Position numbers and translations under genes: made by a program. A stretch of 64,000 nt of DNA from Squalus acanthias (taxonomy: Eukaryota), in the NCBI GenBank assembly GCA_030390025.1, contig CM059432.1:74464001-74528000 (forward strand), in the 5' to 3' direction. Positions within the stretch are counted from its first letter, which is position 1; each line of letters starts with the position of its first letter. Under the pieces are notes generated by a model. That model was not told the DNA's origin, ran no database searches, and was given only the letters and a program-made list of their open reading frames with translations. This document shows, piece by piece, positions 49,141-60,308 of the stretch.

Positions 49141-49429
49141 AGATGCACAAGGGTATGCACGTGGGTATTTGACAAAATGTTAATGTTAAGTTTCAGTTAT
49201 ATTTATGATGCACATAAATGTATTGCTTTGCAGTACTTTCCCGCCATCTCCTGACTGCTACCTGGGAAGTGGCTTTGTCACTTGAAGTGAATGGTGAGAC
49301 ATTACTTAATCTCGAGCAATGGGGGTTTGGGTGACAGGTCATTGTAGGACTGCTTTGTGATGTTGTTGGGGGTGGGGGAAGTTAGTACAGCGTCTGGCAT
49401 TCATATGGGTGCACTGGTGCAAGTTAAGT

Positions 49430-50574
49430 AAATCTGGCCATTGTGAGGCCATCCCGGGCCTCCCAGGTAGCAATGTGCGATGCTGCTGGTGCCATCTCCA
49501 CATCAGATTCATCCTCCTCCTGCTCGTGTTCCACCTGTTCGTCTTCCTCCTAAGAGGCTGTACGCTCTGCGCCTTGCTCCTCCTGCAGCTCTAATCCTCA
49601 CTGCTGTGCTATGTTGTGCAGGGCGCAGCATATGACAATGATTCTGGAGACCCTGGCTGGTGCGTACTGAAGGGCTCCTCCAGATCTGTCAAAGCATCTG
49701 AAGCGCATCTTCAGCATGCCAATTACTTGCTGTATGACATATCTGGTGGACATGTGACTCTCATTATAGCACTCCTTGGCCTCATTGCTTGGCCTCCTCA
49801 AGGGTGTCATCAACCACATCTTCAGTGGATAGCCCTTGTCTCCAAGCAGCCCTGTCTGTTTGGTGGTGCAAAGAGCTGAGGGAGGGTGGACTGGCGCAGC
49901 ACAAAAGAGTCATGACAGCTGCCAGGGAATCTGGTGCACACATGCATGATGATCTTTTTATGGTTGCAGACAAGCTGCACATTAAGGGATGCCGCCCTGC
50001 ACCTGTGGGAAGCCAACCAGAACCGCAAAGCCGAGTGCCCGCTCAGTAACGCTGGCTTCATCAGTGGCAAAGTTTACATAATTGGCTGACTTGTGAAACA
50101 TGGCATCAATCAGCTGGGTGATACATCTGTGGGCGGCCGATTGCCAGATCCTGCAAATATCTGCTGCAGATCCCTGGAAGGAGCCTGTGGTGAAGGTGTT
50201 GAGGGCTGTGGTGACTTTGACCAGCACATGGTAAGGTGTGTTTACCAGGTCCTCTGGGCAGCAGGTCTTGTTCCAGCAAGCTGCAAATGTCTGCAACAAG
50301 CTGGCGCAGTAGCCTGAGCCTCCTGAAACACTGCTGCTCAGTCATGTCCAGGAAGCTCATCCTCTGCCTGTATGCCCTGTGTTGGGGGTATTGCCTCTGG
50401 CGCGGTGCAGCCCTGTGCTGACCCCCCTCTCTCTGTGGAGCATCAGGTCGGCGAGGAGAAGGCTGCTGGTGTTGCTGCTGCAGTTGCTGGTGTGGCTGGT
50501 GTTGTTGGTGCTGGGACTGATCTTGGTCCGATTCTGAGGTCCAAGGTGAGACAGCATAAGTGGCACCCTTGCTG
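49430..50574 (-). pseudogene. Harbinger DDE transposase (HARBI1-like family)
   Basis: [85 protein letters not shown]; first-Asp segment deleted near 49985. Confidence 0.92.
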
Positions 50575-51100
50575 ATCTAATAGATGGCAGGTAGAGTGGA
50601 GATCAGAGGCACAATCTTTCAATGTACTGAGAGTGACTAGCAATGTGGTGAGAGTGGCTTCAGAGGTTGCAGAAATCACCTGCAAACTCCTGAAAGCTAA
50701 ATCTCCGCACAAAATGGTGTCAGCAATAGCCATTCTCTTAGGCAAGGAAGCAGGTGTATGGTGTGACTATGTATGTGATTTTTCCAGCTGTCACTTAATG
50801 AACTCACACAATGGCCACTGAGCTTCCGCCTCCATTTCACACGTGAGGTTCCCGAGGTGCGTGAATCCAGTGCGCTACCAGTTAAAGTCCAAACCTGATG
50901 TTAAAAAGGCAGTTAAGGGTCTGTAAACGAGCAGTTAATTCCTCAATGAGGTTTCCCACCTCTCCCGAGCTGGTCCATGGCGCGCCTCGACCCACACCCC
51001 AGTGAAAGGCAGAAGTCAGCGGGACGACGGCTGGTTCCCGACGCGCTGTCAATTTCTGCGCTTTTAACCGCCGACCCACCCCCAAACCCGCACGCTTCCA

Positions 51101-51375
51101 TAGAAACATAGAAACATAGAATCTAGGAGCAGGAGTAGGCCATTCGGCCCGTCGAGCCTGCTCCACCATTCAATACGATCATGGCTGATCATCCAAATCC
51201 AGTACCCTGTCCCTGCTTTAATCCCCACAGTACACATATCCCACCCTACCCCCGTAACCCCACGTATTTAATTCACCCTAACATATCCCATCCTATCCCC
51301 ATAACCCCACATATTTAATCCCCCCCTAACACTAATGGTCAATTTATCATAGCCAAATCAACCTAATCCGCACAT
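51101..51375 (-). mobile_element. HE1-like SINE (5'-truncated) with CR1-type tail
   Basis: ATGTGCGGATTAGGTTGATTTGGCTATGATAAATTGACC body on minus; tail matches 34246-34360; TSD TTCCA; absent from the sister copy at 62938. Confidence 0.75.
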
Positions 51376-51857
51376 TTCCAATGTGAAAATTCCGGCCTAT
51401 AGTTATGAGGAGAGACTTGAAATACTAGAACTATTTCTACTCCAAAATAGAAGGCTAAGAGAAGATTTAATATAGTTTTTTTTAAATTCTGAAGGCTTTT
51501 GATGGAGATATTTGGGAAAGACTATTTCCTTTGGTTAGGGAAGCAGCGATGATCAATTTATAATTATCACAAGGAGAGTGAGGGGACAGGTTTGGAGAAA
51601 GTCCATTCCGCAGAGGTTGGAGCATGGAAAGCTTTGGCACAAGAAATAGTTGAGGCAGTAACCATTGCATCTTTTAAGGTAAAATTAGATAAATATTTGA
51701 AATCGAGAAAGATACAAGGCTATAGGGAATGAACAGAGTAGTTGGATTAGCTTTGGGTTGCCTTATCAGCGAGCCAGCTGAATGGCTTTCAGTGTTGTAA
51801 ACTTCTATAATTCTATATAATTAATAATTCAAACTGGTATAATTTGGGTCACAATCT

Positions 51858-52065
51858 CCCAGTGTGTTGGCCAACATTAACCCTCAATCAACACCATTAA
51901 AACTGATTATCTGGTCACTTATCCCATTGCTGTTTGTGGGACCTTACTGTGTACAGATTGGTTGCCACATTTCCTTACATTACAACAGTAATTAATTAAT
52001 TGACTGCAAAGTGCTTTGTGATGTCCTGTGGGCATGAAAGGCACTATATAAATGCAAGTTCTTTT
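51858..52065 (+). mobile_element. Deu-SINE 3' part
   Basis: Homologous to 13820-14050. Confidence 0.7.
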
Positions 52066-53765
52066 GTTTTTTTAATGTCTTTGCTATTGGGTTGTCTCTT
52101 TAACTTCCACACAGATAGAGTGAAGTGCTGGTACAGCCTTAGTGGTTAAACATCACCACCAGCTCTATTTTAATTATTAAAACAGCTATCTCAGAGAGCT
52201 GCAATTAAAATCAACTGCGTAGCCTCGACAGACTCCCCCCGCCATGCAGCACAGGAGTCCTGCCCACCAGACATCCACTGTTCTCTTGCAAAATACATAG
52301 GAATACAAACAACCCATTAAAACTCTCAAATAGTTGCAAGTTAAATAAAGTGAAGAAAAACAGACAAAGGCTTCCTATCTTCCAGACATCTGCAGTCTAT
52401 AGCAATTAGACTAATAACAGTGACACTTCCTCTGGAGTCGTGGTTGGGACCACATCATGTGATATAGAGTAAAGCCTAGCTAAGATTATTTAAAGGGGCA
52501 TGTGAAGTCAGGCGAGCTTTTTTTTCTAAACAGACAACGCATTATGTTATAATAATGGAATTTGTGTCAAAATGTCATCATATTGCAAAAGCATTCTTGT
52601 GTCACTTGTGCATGAAAGGATTGTGACAAATAAGATGCAAAGCTTTTCAATGTTCTTTCCTTCCCTAAAAACCGACAGTATCTAAAATTATGATTTTGTA
52701 GAAAGTTTAAAAGGGACAGATGGTGGAATTAGAACATATGATAATTCTTGCTTGGAATTTACATAAGAACATAGAAAAGATAGAAGGATAAGCCATTCCA
52801 TCCACTGGCTATTTCTTCCAATGCATCATGTACAATTTGCAGTGCCATGACCTCACTAACTTATTTATTGTCCTGTTGAACTGAGTAACCACAGATAAAA
52901 TCTCCATGAAGAGGAGACTGTTAAGATCTCCCTGACCATCAAAGGAATCAAACAAAACTCAAGAATATTGGGCTAACAGTATAACATACATTATTCAATC
53001 TGACCAGAAATGACAGTTCAATAGTCCCAGTAGGACTGAAGCTACTGGTGGAAAGATTTCCTCCGTGCTGTCTGTGTAGCAAAATGGTAAATGCATTCTT
53101 TATGATTCCGCTAAACACAGTACACTAAAGACACCTTTCTCTTCCATACAGTTTCTAACCATCTGTGCTACACTTCTGTTTATAACCTTCAATGCCTTTC
53201 CTTGTGATGTTCTGGCCACTGACAGATATCTGCTCACATTGTGCGTGCTTTTCAATATTTAAAGACCTGGGTCGTGTCTCTTTCCAGTCTTGTAAGGGTT
53301 GTTCGATTACCACTCTTTTTGAAAGGTTGTACGCCTATTATGTCATTTTTTAAGTATATACTCAAAGCAACTGTAAAATTTTACTTCTCCTGTAGCTATT
53401 TTATGTGGAGCGGGTGGAGGCCAATAGTAATCTTAATGTGTCAGTAATGTACAGGTTTCAGCCAGTGTAAATTTCACATAGAACCTTTAAAGAATGTTGA
53501 GTTCCTCACTAAACATGAACAAAGTAAAGGGAAATGTGTGCAATGTGATGAAATCAATCGTACTTATCGAGGGGAGTTCCTAGGTTATTAAAGGGGAAGC
53601 ACACCCTACTGTGTCACCCATAATCCTCAAAGTATTAAAAAATAATCTGTACAAACAGATTCTGGTATTTTCAAAGACGTCTTGTTCTGTTTTATATTTT
53701 AAAGCTGCTGGTTAGAGTCTGGAAGCTCACATTTTATAATTTCTGTGACATCATATAGTCATAAA

Positions 53766-54056
53766 ATTGGTGAAATTGATCTTTGGCTGTAGTGCAAAAT
53801 GGCCGATAATGAATCGACAGCCCGATATCCCCCCCCCCCCCGCACATCGATTTACACCACGCTCGATTTACACCACGCTCGATTTACACCACGCTCGATT
53901 TACACCACGCTCGATTTACACCACGCTCGATTTACACCACGCTCGATTTTCTTTCCGATTGACTTAATTGGAAAAGATTATCGGGCGAGGTATAAAATGT
54001 GCTGCCGACTCGCTGTCGCCCATTTTGCATTGCCATTTAAGCCCAAATTCACCGCC
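53766..54056. mobile_element. MITE with internal tandem expansion
   Basis: About 50-bp imperfect TIRs GGTGAAATTG..GTGCAAAATGGCCGA / TCGCCCATTTTGCA..AAATTCACCGCC. Confidence 0.65.
53847..53949 (+). repeat. 16-bp tandem repeat TCGATTTACACCACGC x6.4
   Basis: Six perfect copies plus 7 bp. Confidence 0.95.
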
Positions 54057-54444
54057 AATTAATTAATGCTCATTCAACAGAGCCAACATCCCAGCAACAG
54101 AAAATGTTCAAAAAACACAGGAGGAAGACATTTCTATGGTAGGAAAAGGTGCAGAGTATCATCAGGGTACCTGAAAGAGAGGAACAGATACATTTACCAG
54201 CAGAGACAGCTGGAAATAAGTAGTGTCCTTGGGATTCAGGGTATTGAATGGATAGCAAGGTGGCTGCAAAACACAAAACAGAGAGTAGGTGTTAAAGGTA
54301 GTTAATCAAACTGGCAAAAGGTGGGAAGTGGTGTTCCACAAGGATCAGTGCTGGGACCACTATTGTTCACCATTTACATAAATGATTTGGACTCAGGAAT
54401 TGGAAGTACAATTTCAAAATTTACGGACAACACTAATTTGGGGG

Positions 54445-54816
54445 TTTTCTCTTCCCACTGTCCAGGGCCCCAAACACCCCTTCCAGGTGAAACAGCGATT
54501 TACTTGTACTTCCTGCAATTTAGTATACTGTATTCGCTGCTCACGATGTGGTCTCCTCTACATTGGGGAGACCAAACGCAGATTGGGTGACCGCTTTGCG
54601 GAACACCTCCGTTCAGTCCGTAAGGGGGACCCTGAGCTCCCGGTCGCCTGTCACTTTAATTCACCGCTTCACTCCCACTCTGACCTCACTGTCCTCGGCC
54701 TATTACACTGTTCCACGGAAGCGCAGCGTAAGCTCGAGGAACAGCACCTCACCTTTCGTTTAGGCACGCTACAGCCCTCTGGACTCAATATCGAGTTCAA
54801 CAATTTTAGATCATAA
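54445..54816 (+). pseudogene. Penelope GIY-YIG endonuclease domain (open, 5'-truncated)
   Basis: [53 protein letters not shown], with the CCHH motif typical of PLE endonucleases. Confidence 0.92.
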
Positions 54817-55092
54817 CCTCAGCTCCAATCACATTTATATTTTATTTTTTCCACCCTTTTATTTGCCCCCCCCACCTTTTTTTTCCTCCTAGAAGCTGGC
54901 AGCTGTCCTTCATTCTGCCAGTGGATTTCACACTTCTTTCAGCCTTAATCTGTCACATTAACACCACCTCTAGCCTTGCATATCTCTTAATGTCTCTTAA
55001 TGTCTCTTCATCTCCCCCTTTGTTCTTTTATCCCCTCCCCCTTTTCCCAGCTTTACCCTGGCCTTAAATCTATTTGATTTCCGGCTCTTCCC

Positions 55093-55129
55093 AGTTCTGA
55101 CGAAAGGTCATCGACCTGAAACGTTAACT
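55093..55129 (+). ncRNA. Minimal type I hammerhead ribozyme in Penelope pLTR
   Basis: AGTT-CTGACGA-A-AGGTC(ATC)GACCT-GAAAC-GTT-AACT: helix I AGTT/AACT, helix II AGGTC/GACCT, palindromic AACGTT helix III, GUU triplet. Confidence 0.8.
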
Positions 55130-55351
55130 CTCTTTCTCTCTCCACGGATGCTGCCTGGCCTGCTGAGTTTTTCCAGCATTTTCTGTTGTTATTACTAATT
55201 TGGGGGGTGTAGTTAATACACTGAAGGACTGCGACAAAATATAGGAAGACATTAATAAACTTTCAGAATGGCGTGTAATCGCCAAATGAACTTCAATATA
55301 GATAAATGTGAGGTGGTACAATTTGATAGGAAGAATAAGGAGGTCACATTT

Positions 55352-55591
55352 GGGCGCGATTTTAATCCTACTCACTCAGCAGAAACCTGGCGGGTGGGCA
55401 GTTAAAATCGCCCTGGCTCTTACCTGTTCGAAAGCTGCCATGATCGCAACATCGGCAATTTTAACCTGCTCTCCTGAGCAGGCAGCAAGGACACTCGCCT
55501 GGAGCCAACAGGTTCCTTCTTTACATATGCATGTTGCGGCCCGATGACATTATTGAGATCCGACTGTACACCTGGAGTTAAAATTGGGGCC
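55352..55591. mobile_element. MITE in CR1
   Basis: TIRs GGGCGCGATTTTAA / TTAAAATTGGGGCC; interrupts the CR1 reading; TSD imperfect. Confidence 0.7.
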
Positions 55592-57545
55592 ATATGTCTA
55601 AATGGGGTAGAGGAGCAGGGGGATCTGGGGATACAGATACACAAATCACTAAAAGTAGCGATGTAGGTTAACAAGGCCATAAAAAAAGCAAACAAATCAC
55701 TGGGGTTCATTTCCAGAGGGATAGAATTGAAAAGCAGAGAAGTTACGTTAAACTTGTATCGAACCTTGGTTAGACCACACTTGGAGTACTGTGAACAATT
55801 CTGGTCTCTATATTATAGAAAGGATATAGAGGCACTGGAGATGGTGCAAAAAAGATTTACAAGAATGATACCAGAACTGAGAGGTTATACCTATCAAGAA
55901 AGATTGAACAGGCTGGGGCTCTTTACTCTAGAAAAGAGAGGACTGAGGGGTGACCTATTAGAGGTCTTTAAGATTATGAAAGGGTTTGATAGGGTAGACA
56001 TAGAGAAGATATTTCCACTTGTGGGCGAGACCAGAACTAGAAGCCATAAATATAAAGAGTCACTAATAAATCCAATTGGGAATTCAGGAGAAACTGCTTT
56101 ACCCAGAGAGTGGTTAGAATGTGGAACTCGCTACCACAAGGAGTACTTGAGGCAACTAGCATAGATGCATTTAAGGGGAAGCTACATAAACACATGAGGG
56201 AGAAAGGAATGGAAGGATATGTTGATGGGGCTAGATGAAGGGTGGGAGGGCTCATGTGGAGCATAAACACCATCATAGACCTGTTGGGCCAAATGGCCTA
56301 TTTCTAATACTATGTTTTACTGTGCATACTGTTTTTCCACCATTCTTTCTTCCTTTTCAGAAACCTTGCTGGGGTTTGGTTCCATGAGTGCCAGTCATCC
56401 TCACCTAATATCACTCTTCTTCCTTTACGGCATTCGACTGGGAGTGTTGACAGGCTATCATGGCGGATAACACAACTGAGCCCAATCCTATCCTCGCATG
56501 TTAACTTTCAGTGATTCGTGTACAAGGACACCAGGTCCCTCCAAACACCAACATTTCCCAATCTCTCACCATTTAAAAAATACTCTGCTTTTCTATTTTT
56601 CGTACCAAAGTGGATAACTTCACATTTCTCCACATTATATTCCATTTGCCATGTTCTTGCCCACTCACTTAGCCTGTCTATATCCCCTTGAAGCTTCCTT
56701 GCATCCTCCTCACAACTTACATTCCCACCCAGCTTTGTATCATCAGCAAACTTGGATATATTACATTTGGTCCCCTCATCCAAATCATTGATGTAGATTG
56801 TGAATAGCAGAGGCCCAAGCACTGATTCTTGTGGTACCCCACTAGTTACAGCCTGCCAACCCGAAAATGACCCGTTTATTCCTACTCTCTGTTTTCTGTC
56901 CGTTAACCAATCCTCAATCCATGCTAATATATTACCCCCAATCCCATGAGGCCTAATTTTGTTTAATAACCTCTTGTGTGGCACCTTATCGAATGCCTTC
57001 TGAAAATCCAAATACACCACATCCATTGGTTCCCCCTTATCTATTCTGCTAGTTACAACCTCAAAAACCTCCAACAGATTTGTCAAACACGATTTCCCTT
57101 GCATAAATCCGTGTTGACTCTGCTCTATCCTATTATTATTTTCTAAGTGCCCTGTTACCACATCCTTAATAATAGATTCTAGCATTTTCCCTACTACTGA
57201 TGTCAGGCTAACTGGTCTGTAGTTCCCCGTTTTCTCTCTCCCTTCTTTCTTAAATAGTGGGGTTACATTTGCTACCATCCAATCCGCGGGAACCATTCTA
57301 GAATCTAAGGAATTTTGGAAAATGACAACCAATGCATCCACTATCTTGATAGCCACCTTTTTCAAAACCCTAAGATGTAGGCCATCAGGTCCAGGGGATT
57401 TATTAGCTTTCAGTCCCATTATTTTCTCTAGTACTATTTTTTTACTAATACTAATTTCTTTCTGTTCCTCATTCTCGCTAGACCCTTGGTTCTCCACTAT
57501 TTCCGGGAAGTTTTTTGCATCTTCTTCCGTGAAGACAGACACAAA

Positions 57546-58021
57546 GGGCTGGATTTTCATTGACCCATGGAGGCGGGTTTGGAGGCGTGTGGGGGGTTAA
57601 AATTGCGAAAAGTGGCGGGTGGGCACAAGTCCGCCTCCATCCCGCCTCCACGCAATTTTCATTAAATCATGTCTGCTGGTCCCGACTCTGTCCCGCCTTT
57701 AAGAGGTGGGATAGGCTGTTAAGGCCCTTAACAAGCACTAAATTGGCTCTATAATGCCATTTTGAAAGGCCTTTGTGATTTTAACTCTTGCTCTACGTGA
57801 AGCACGCCTGTTCTGAACCACAAATGTGAAACCTGGCGGTAACACATTTTGAAAGCTGACTATCAGCTGCAGGTCCACTATTACAACGGAGTAGTAGTAG
57901 TAGGAGGAAAAATGTCTGGGAGCAGACCTAGGGCAGCTGCTGCTGCTGCTCATTTTGCCTTCAGGTCCTCTCACAGCAAAGGCAAGTCTCTCTCTCTCTC
58001 TCTCTCTCTCACAGCAAAGGC

Positions 58022-58059
<38 letters not shown>

Positions 58060-58290
58060 GTAAAGGTCAGGCAGTCTCTGAAGACCTTCAATGCAGCAGT
58101 AATGATGACATCATCAGAGGCGACTTTCAGACTGAAAACATTCATTAGTTCATGGGTTCCCACATGCTGGAACTCAATTGCCCAATTAGGTGAAAATCGC
58201 ATCAATCTCCCACATCCAATTGCAGTCGGGTGGATAACACGGAAAGTGGATGACACGACCCCAACCCGCCCCAGTATCAAAATCCAGCCC
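57546..58290. mobile_element. Non-autonomous Harbinger element nested in CR1
   Basis: Perfect 12-bp TIRs GGGCTGGATTTT / AAAATCCAGCCC; TSD AAA; removing it restores NKYFVSVFT; internal (CT)n at 57987-58056. Confidence 0.92.
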
Positions 58291-59699
58291 AAAGTATTTG
58301 TTTAATTTCTCTGCCATTTTCTTATTCCCCATTATAATTTCTCCTGTCTCAGCCTGTAAGGGACCCACATTTAGTTTTGCTAATCTTTTCCTTTTTACAT
58401 ACCTATAGAAGCTTTTACAGTTTGTTTTTATGTCTCTCGCTAGTTTACTCTCATACTCCATTTTCCCTTTCTTTATCAATTTCTTGGCCCTCCTTTGCTG
58501 AATTCTAAAATCCTCCCAATCCTCAGGCTTACTACTCTTTTTGGCAATATTATAAGCCTCTTCCTTTGATCTAATACTATCTTTAACTTCTATTGTTAGC
58601 CACGGTTGGACCACTTTTCCTGTGGGGTTTTTGTGCCTTAAAGGAATGTATATTTGTTGTAAATTATGTATTAATTCTTTAAATGCTAGCCATTGCTTGT
58701 CTACTGTCATACCTTTTAATGTAGTTTCCCAATCTACCTTAGCCAACTCGCCCCTCATACCTACGTAGTTTGCTTTGTTTAGATTTAAGACCCTAGTTTT
58801 GGATTTAACAAAATCACTTTCAAACTCAATATAAAATTCTATCATATTATGGTCACTCCTCCCTAAAGGCACCTTTACTACAAGGTTATTAATTAACCCT
58901 TTCTCATTGCACAATACTACATCTAAAATAACCTGTTCCCTAGTTGATTCCTCAACATACTGATCTAGAAAACTATCTTTCATACATTCCATGAGTTCGT
59001 CCTCCACACTATTACTGCAAATTTGGTTTGCCCAGTCTATGTGTAGATTAAAGTCCCCCATGATTACTGTATTACCCTTGTTATATGCACCTCTAATTTC
59101 CTGATTTATACTCTGCCCTACATTACAACTACTGTTTGGGGGCATTGGTGGGAGTTGTTTATAGAAACAACTCCCACCAATGTTTTCTGCCCTTTGCTGT
59201 TTCTTAGCTCCACCCAAACGGATTCTACTTGATTTTCGGAGCTACGATCCTTTCTCTCTACTGTCTTTATCCCATCCTTTATTATCAGGGCTACCCCTCC
59301 TCCTTTTCCATTTTGCCTATCTCTTCTAAAAGTTAAGTATCCTGGAATATTTAGTTCCCAACCTTGGCCACTTTGCAACCACATCTCCGTTATGGCTATT
59401 AAATCAAACCTGTTAATTTCTATCTGCGCTATGAATTCATCTATTTTGTTGCGAATGCTTCGCGCAGTCAGATATAGTGCCTTTAGCTTTGACTTATTTC
59501 TATTTTTCCCTGATGTCACCTTAGTCACAGATGCCTTATTACCTTTGTTACTCTCTCTGTCCCTTCCTGACCCACTCTGCTTATTTTTACCCAAAACTCT
59601 ACTCTGCTCTAGAGCCTTGACATTTCCCTCGCTGCTTTTAAATTTACTCTTTCCTGAATCCTCCCACCCCCCCTTCATTTGTTTAAAGCCTTGTATACT

Positions 59700-60308
59700 G
59701 CCCTAGTTATTTGGTTTGCCAGGACACTGGTCCCAGCCCGGTTTAAGTGGAGCCCGTCCCAACAGAACAGCTCCCTCTTTCCCCAGTACTGGTGCCAGTG
59801 CCCCATGAACTGAAACCCCTTCTTCCCACACCACTCTTTGAGCCATGCATTTAAACCTCTAATCTGTTTGTCCTTATGTCAATTTGCACGTGGCTCAGGT
59901 AACATGGTCAGCTTGCTCATCCATCCTGCAGGCTTTTCCCTCATTCACACAGGCAGCAAGAACCTCATACCTGTTGGACAAGGGCAAAGGCTGAGGCTCC
60001 TGCAGCATTGCACCTGGGGTCCCCTTACCTGCCTGAGTTGCAGTCACCCCCTCCTGTCCCTGACCACTAACCAGACCTGTACCACTACCTAACCTAAAGT
60101 GTGTGGCTGCGTCCTGGATCAAAGTGTCCCGGTAACTCTCCCCATCCCTGATGCCCTGCAATGTCTGCACCTCAGACTCCAGCTCAAAAACTCTGAGCTG
60201 AAGTTCCTCACGATGCAGGCACTTACTGCAAACGTGGTTTTCCGGGATCACAATGCTCTCCACAGACTCCCACATGCTGCAGTTGCGGCACACCACCTGC
60301 ACTGCCAT
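59700..60308 (-). pseudogene. CR1 ORF1 (zinc finger/leucine zipper + partial SGNH esterase)
   Basis: CRNCSMW..CSKC..LQLRVFELESEVQTL, LSNRYEVL; downstream HWHQYW..DGLHLNRAGT esterase end; middle deleted. Confidence 0.8.

Larger units (their letters stand above)
47045..51397. mobile_element. Near full-length PIF/Harbinger transposon (family 1)
   Basis: TIRs GGCCGGAAATTTTAC / GTGAAAATTCCGGCC; TSD TAT (47042-44, 51398-400); convergent Myb and transposase genes. Confidence 0.95.
44640..51815 (+). mobile_element. Degenerate CR1 LINE(s) (44640-47044 plus 51401-51815) with nested Harbingers
   Basis: [26 protein letters not shown]; resumes SYEERL at 51401. Probably two joined copies around 46700. 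Confidence 0.8.
54445..55193 (+). mobile_element. 5'-truncated Penelope-like element
   Basis: GIY-YIG C-terminus plus pLTR; 13-bp TSD ACTAATTTGGGGG (54432-44, 55194-206). Confidence 0.92.
54165..56310 (+). mobile_element. CR1 LINE fragment split by Penelope and MITE
   Basis: [18 protein letters not shown]..; YRTLVRPHLEYC; CR1 tail. 5' boundary approximate. Confidence 0.85.

Noticed and set aside
49430..50574. Domesticated HARBI1 host gene
   Set aside because: Flanked by TIRs and a TSD, multicopy in the window, frameshifted, with part of the catalytic core deleted.
53847..53949. CRISPR array
   Set aside because: Contiguous identical 16-mers with no spacers, no cas genes, and eukaryotic context.
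54382..54816. Stand-alone GIY-YIG nuclease gene or RT-GIY-YIG fusion
   Set aside because: The first 21 codons are out-of-frame CR1 sequence; the rest is a truncated Penelope insertion bounded by a TSD.
57738..58305. RERE and SLSL repeat proteins
   Set aside because: Translations of (CT)n microsatellites within a MITE.
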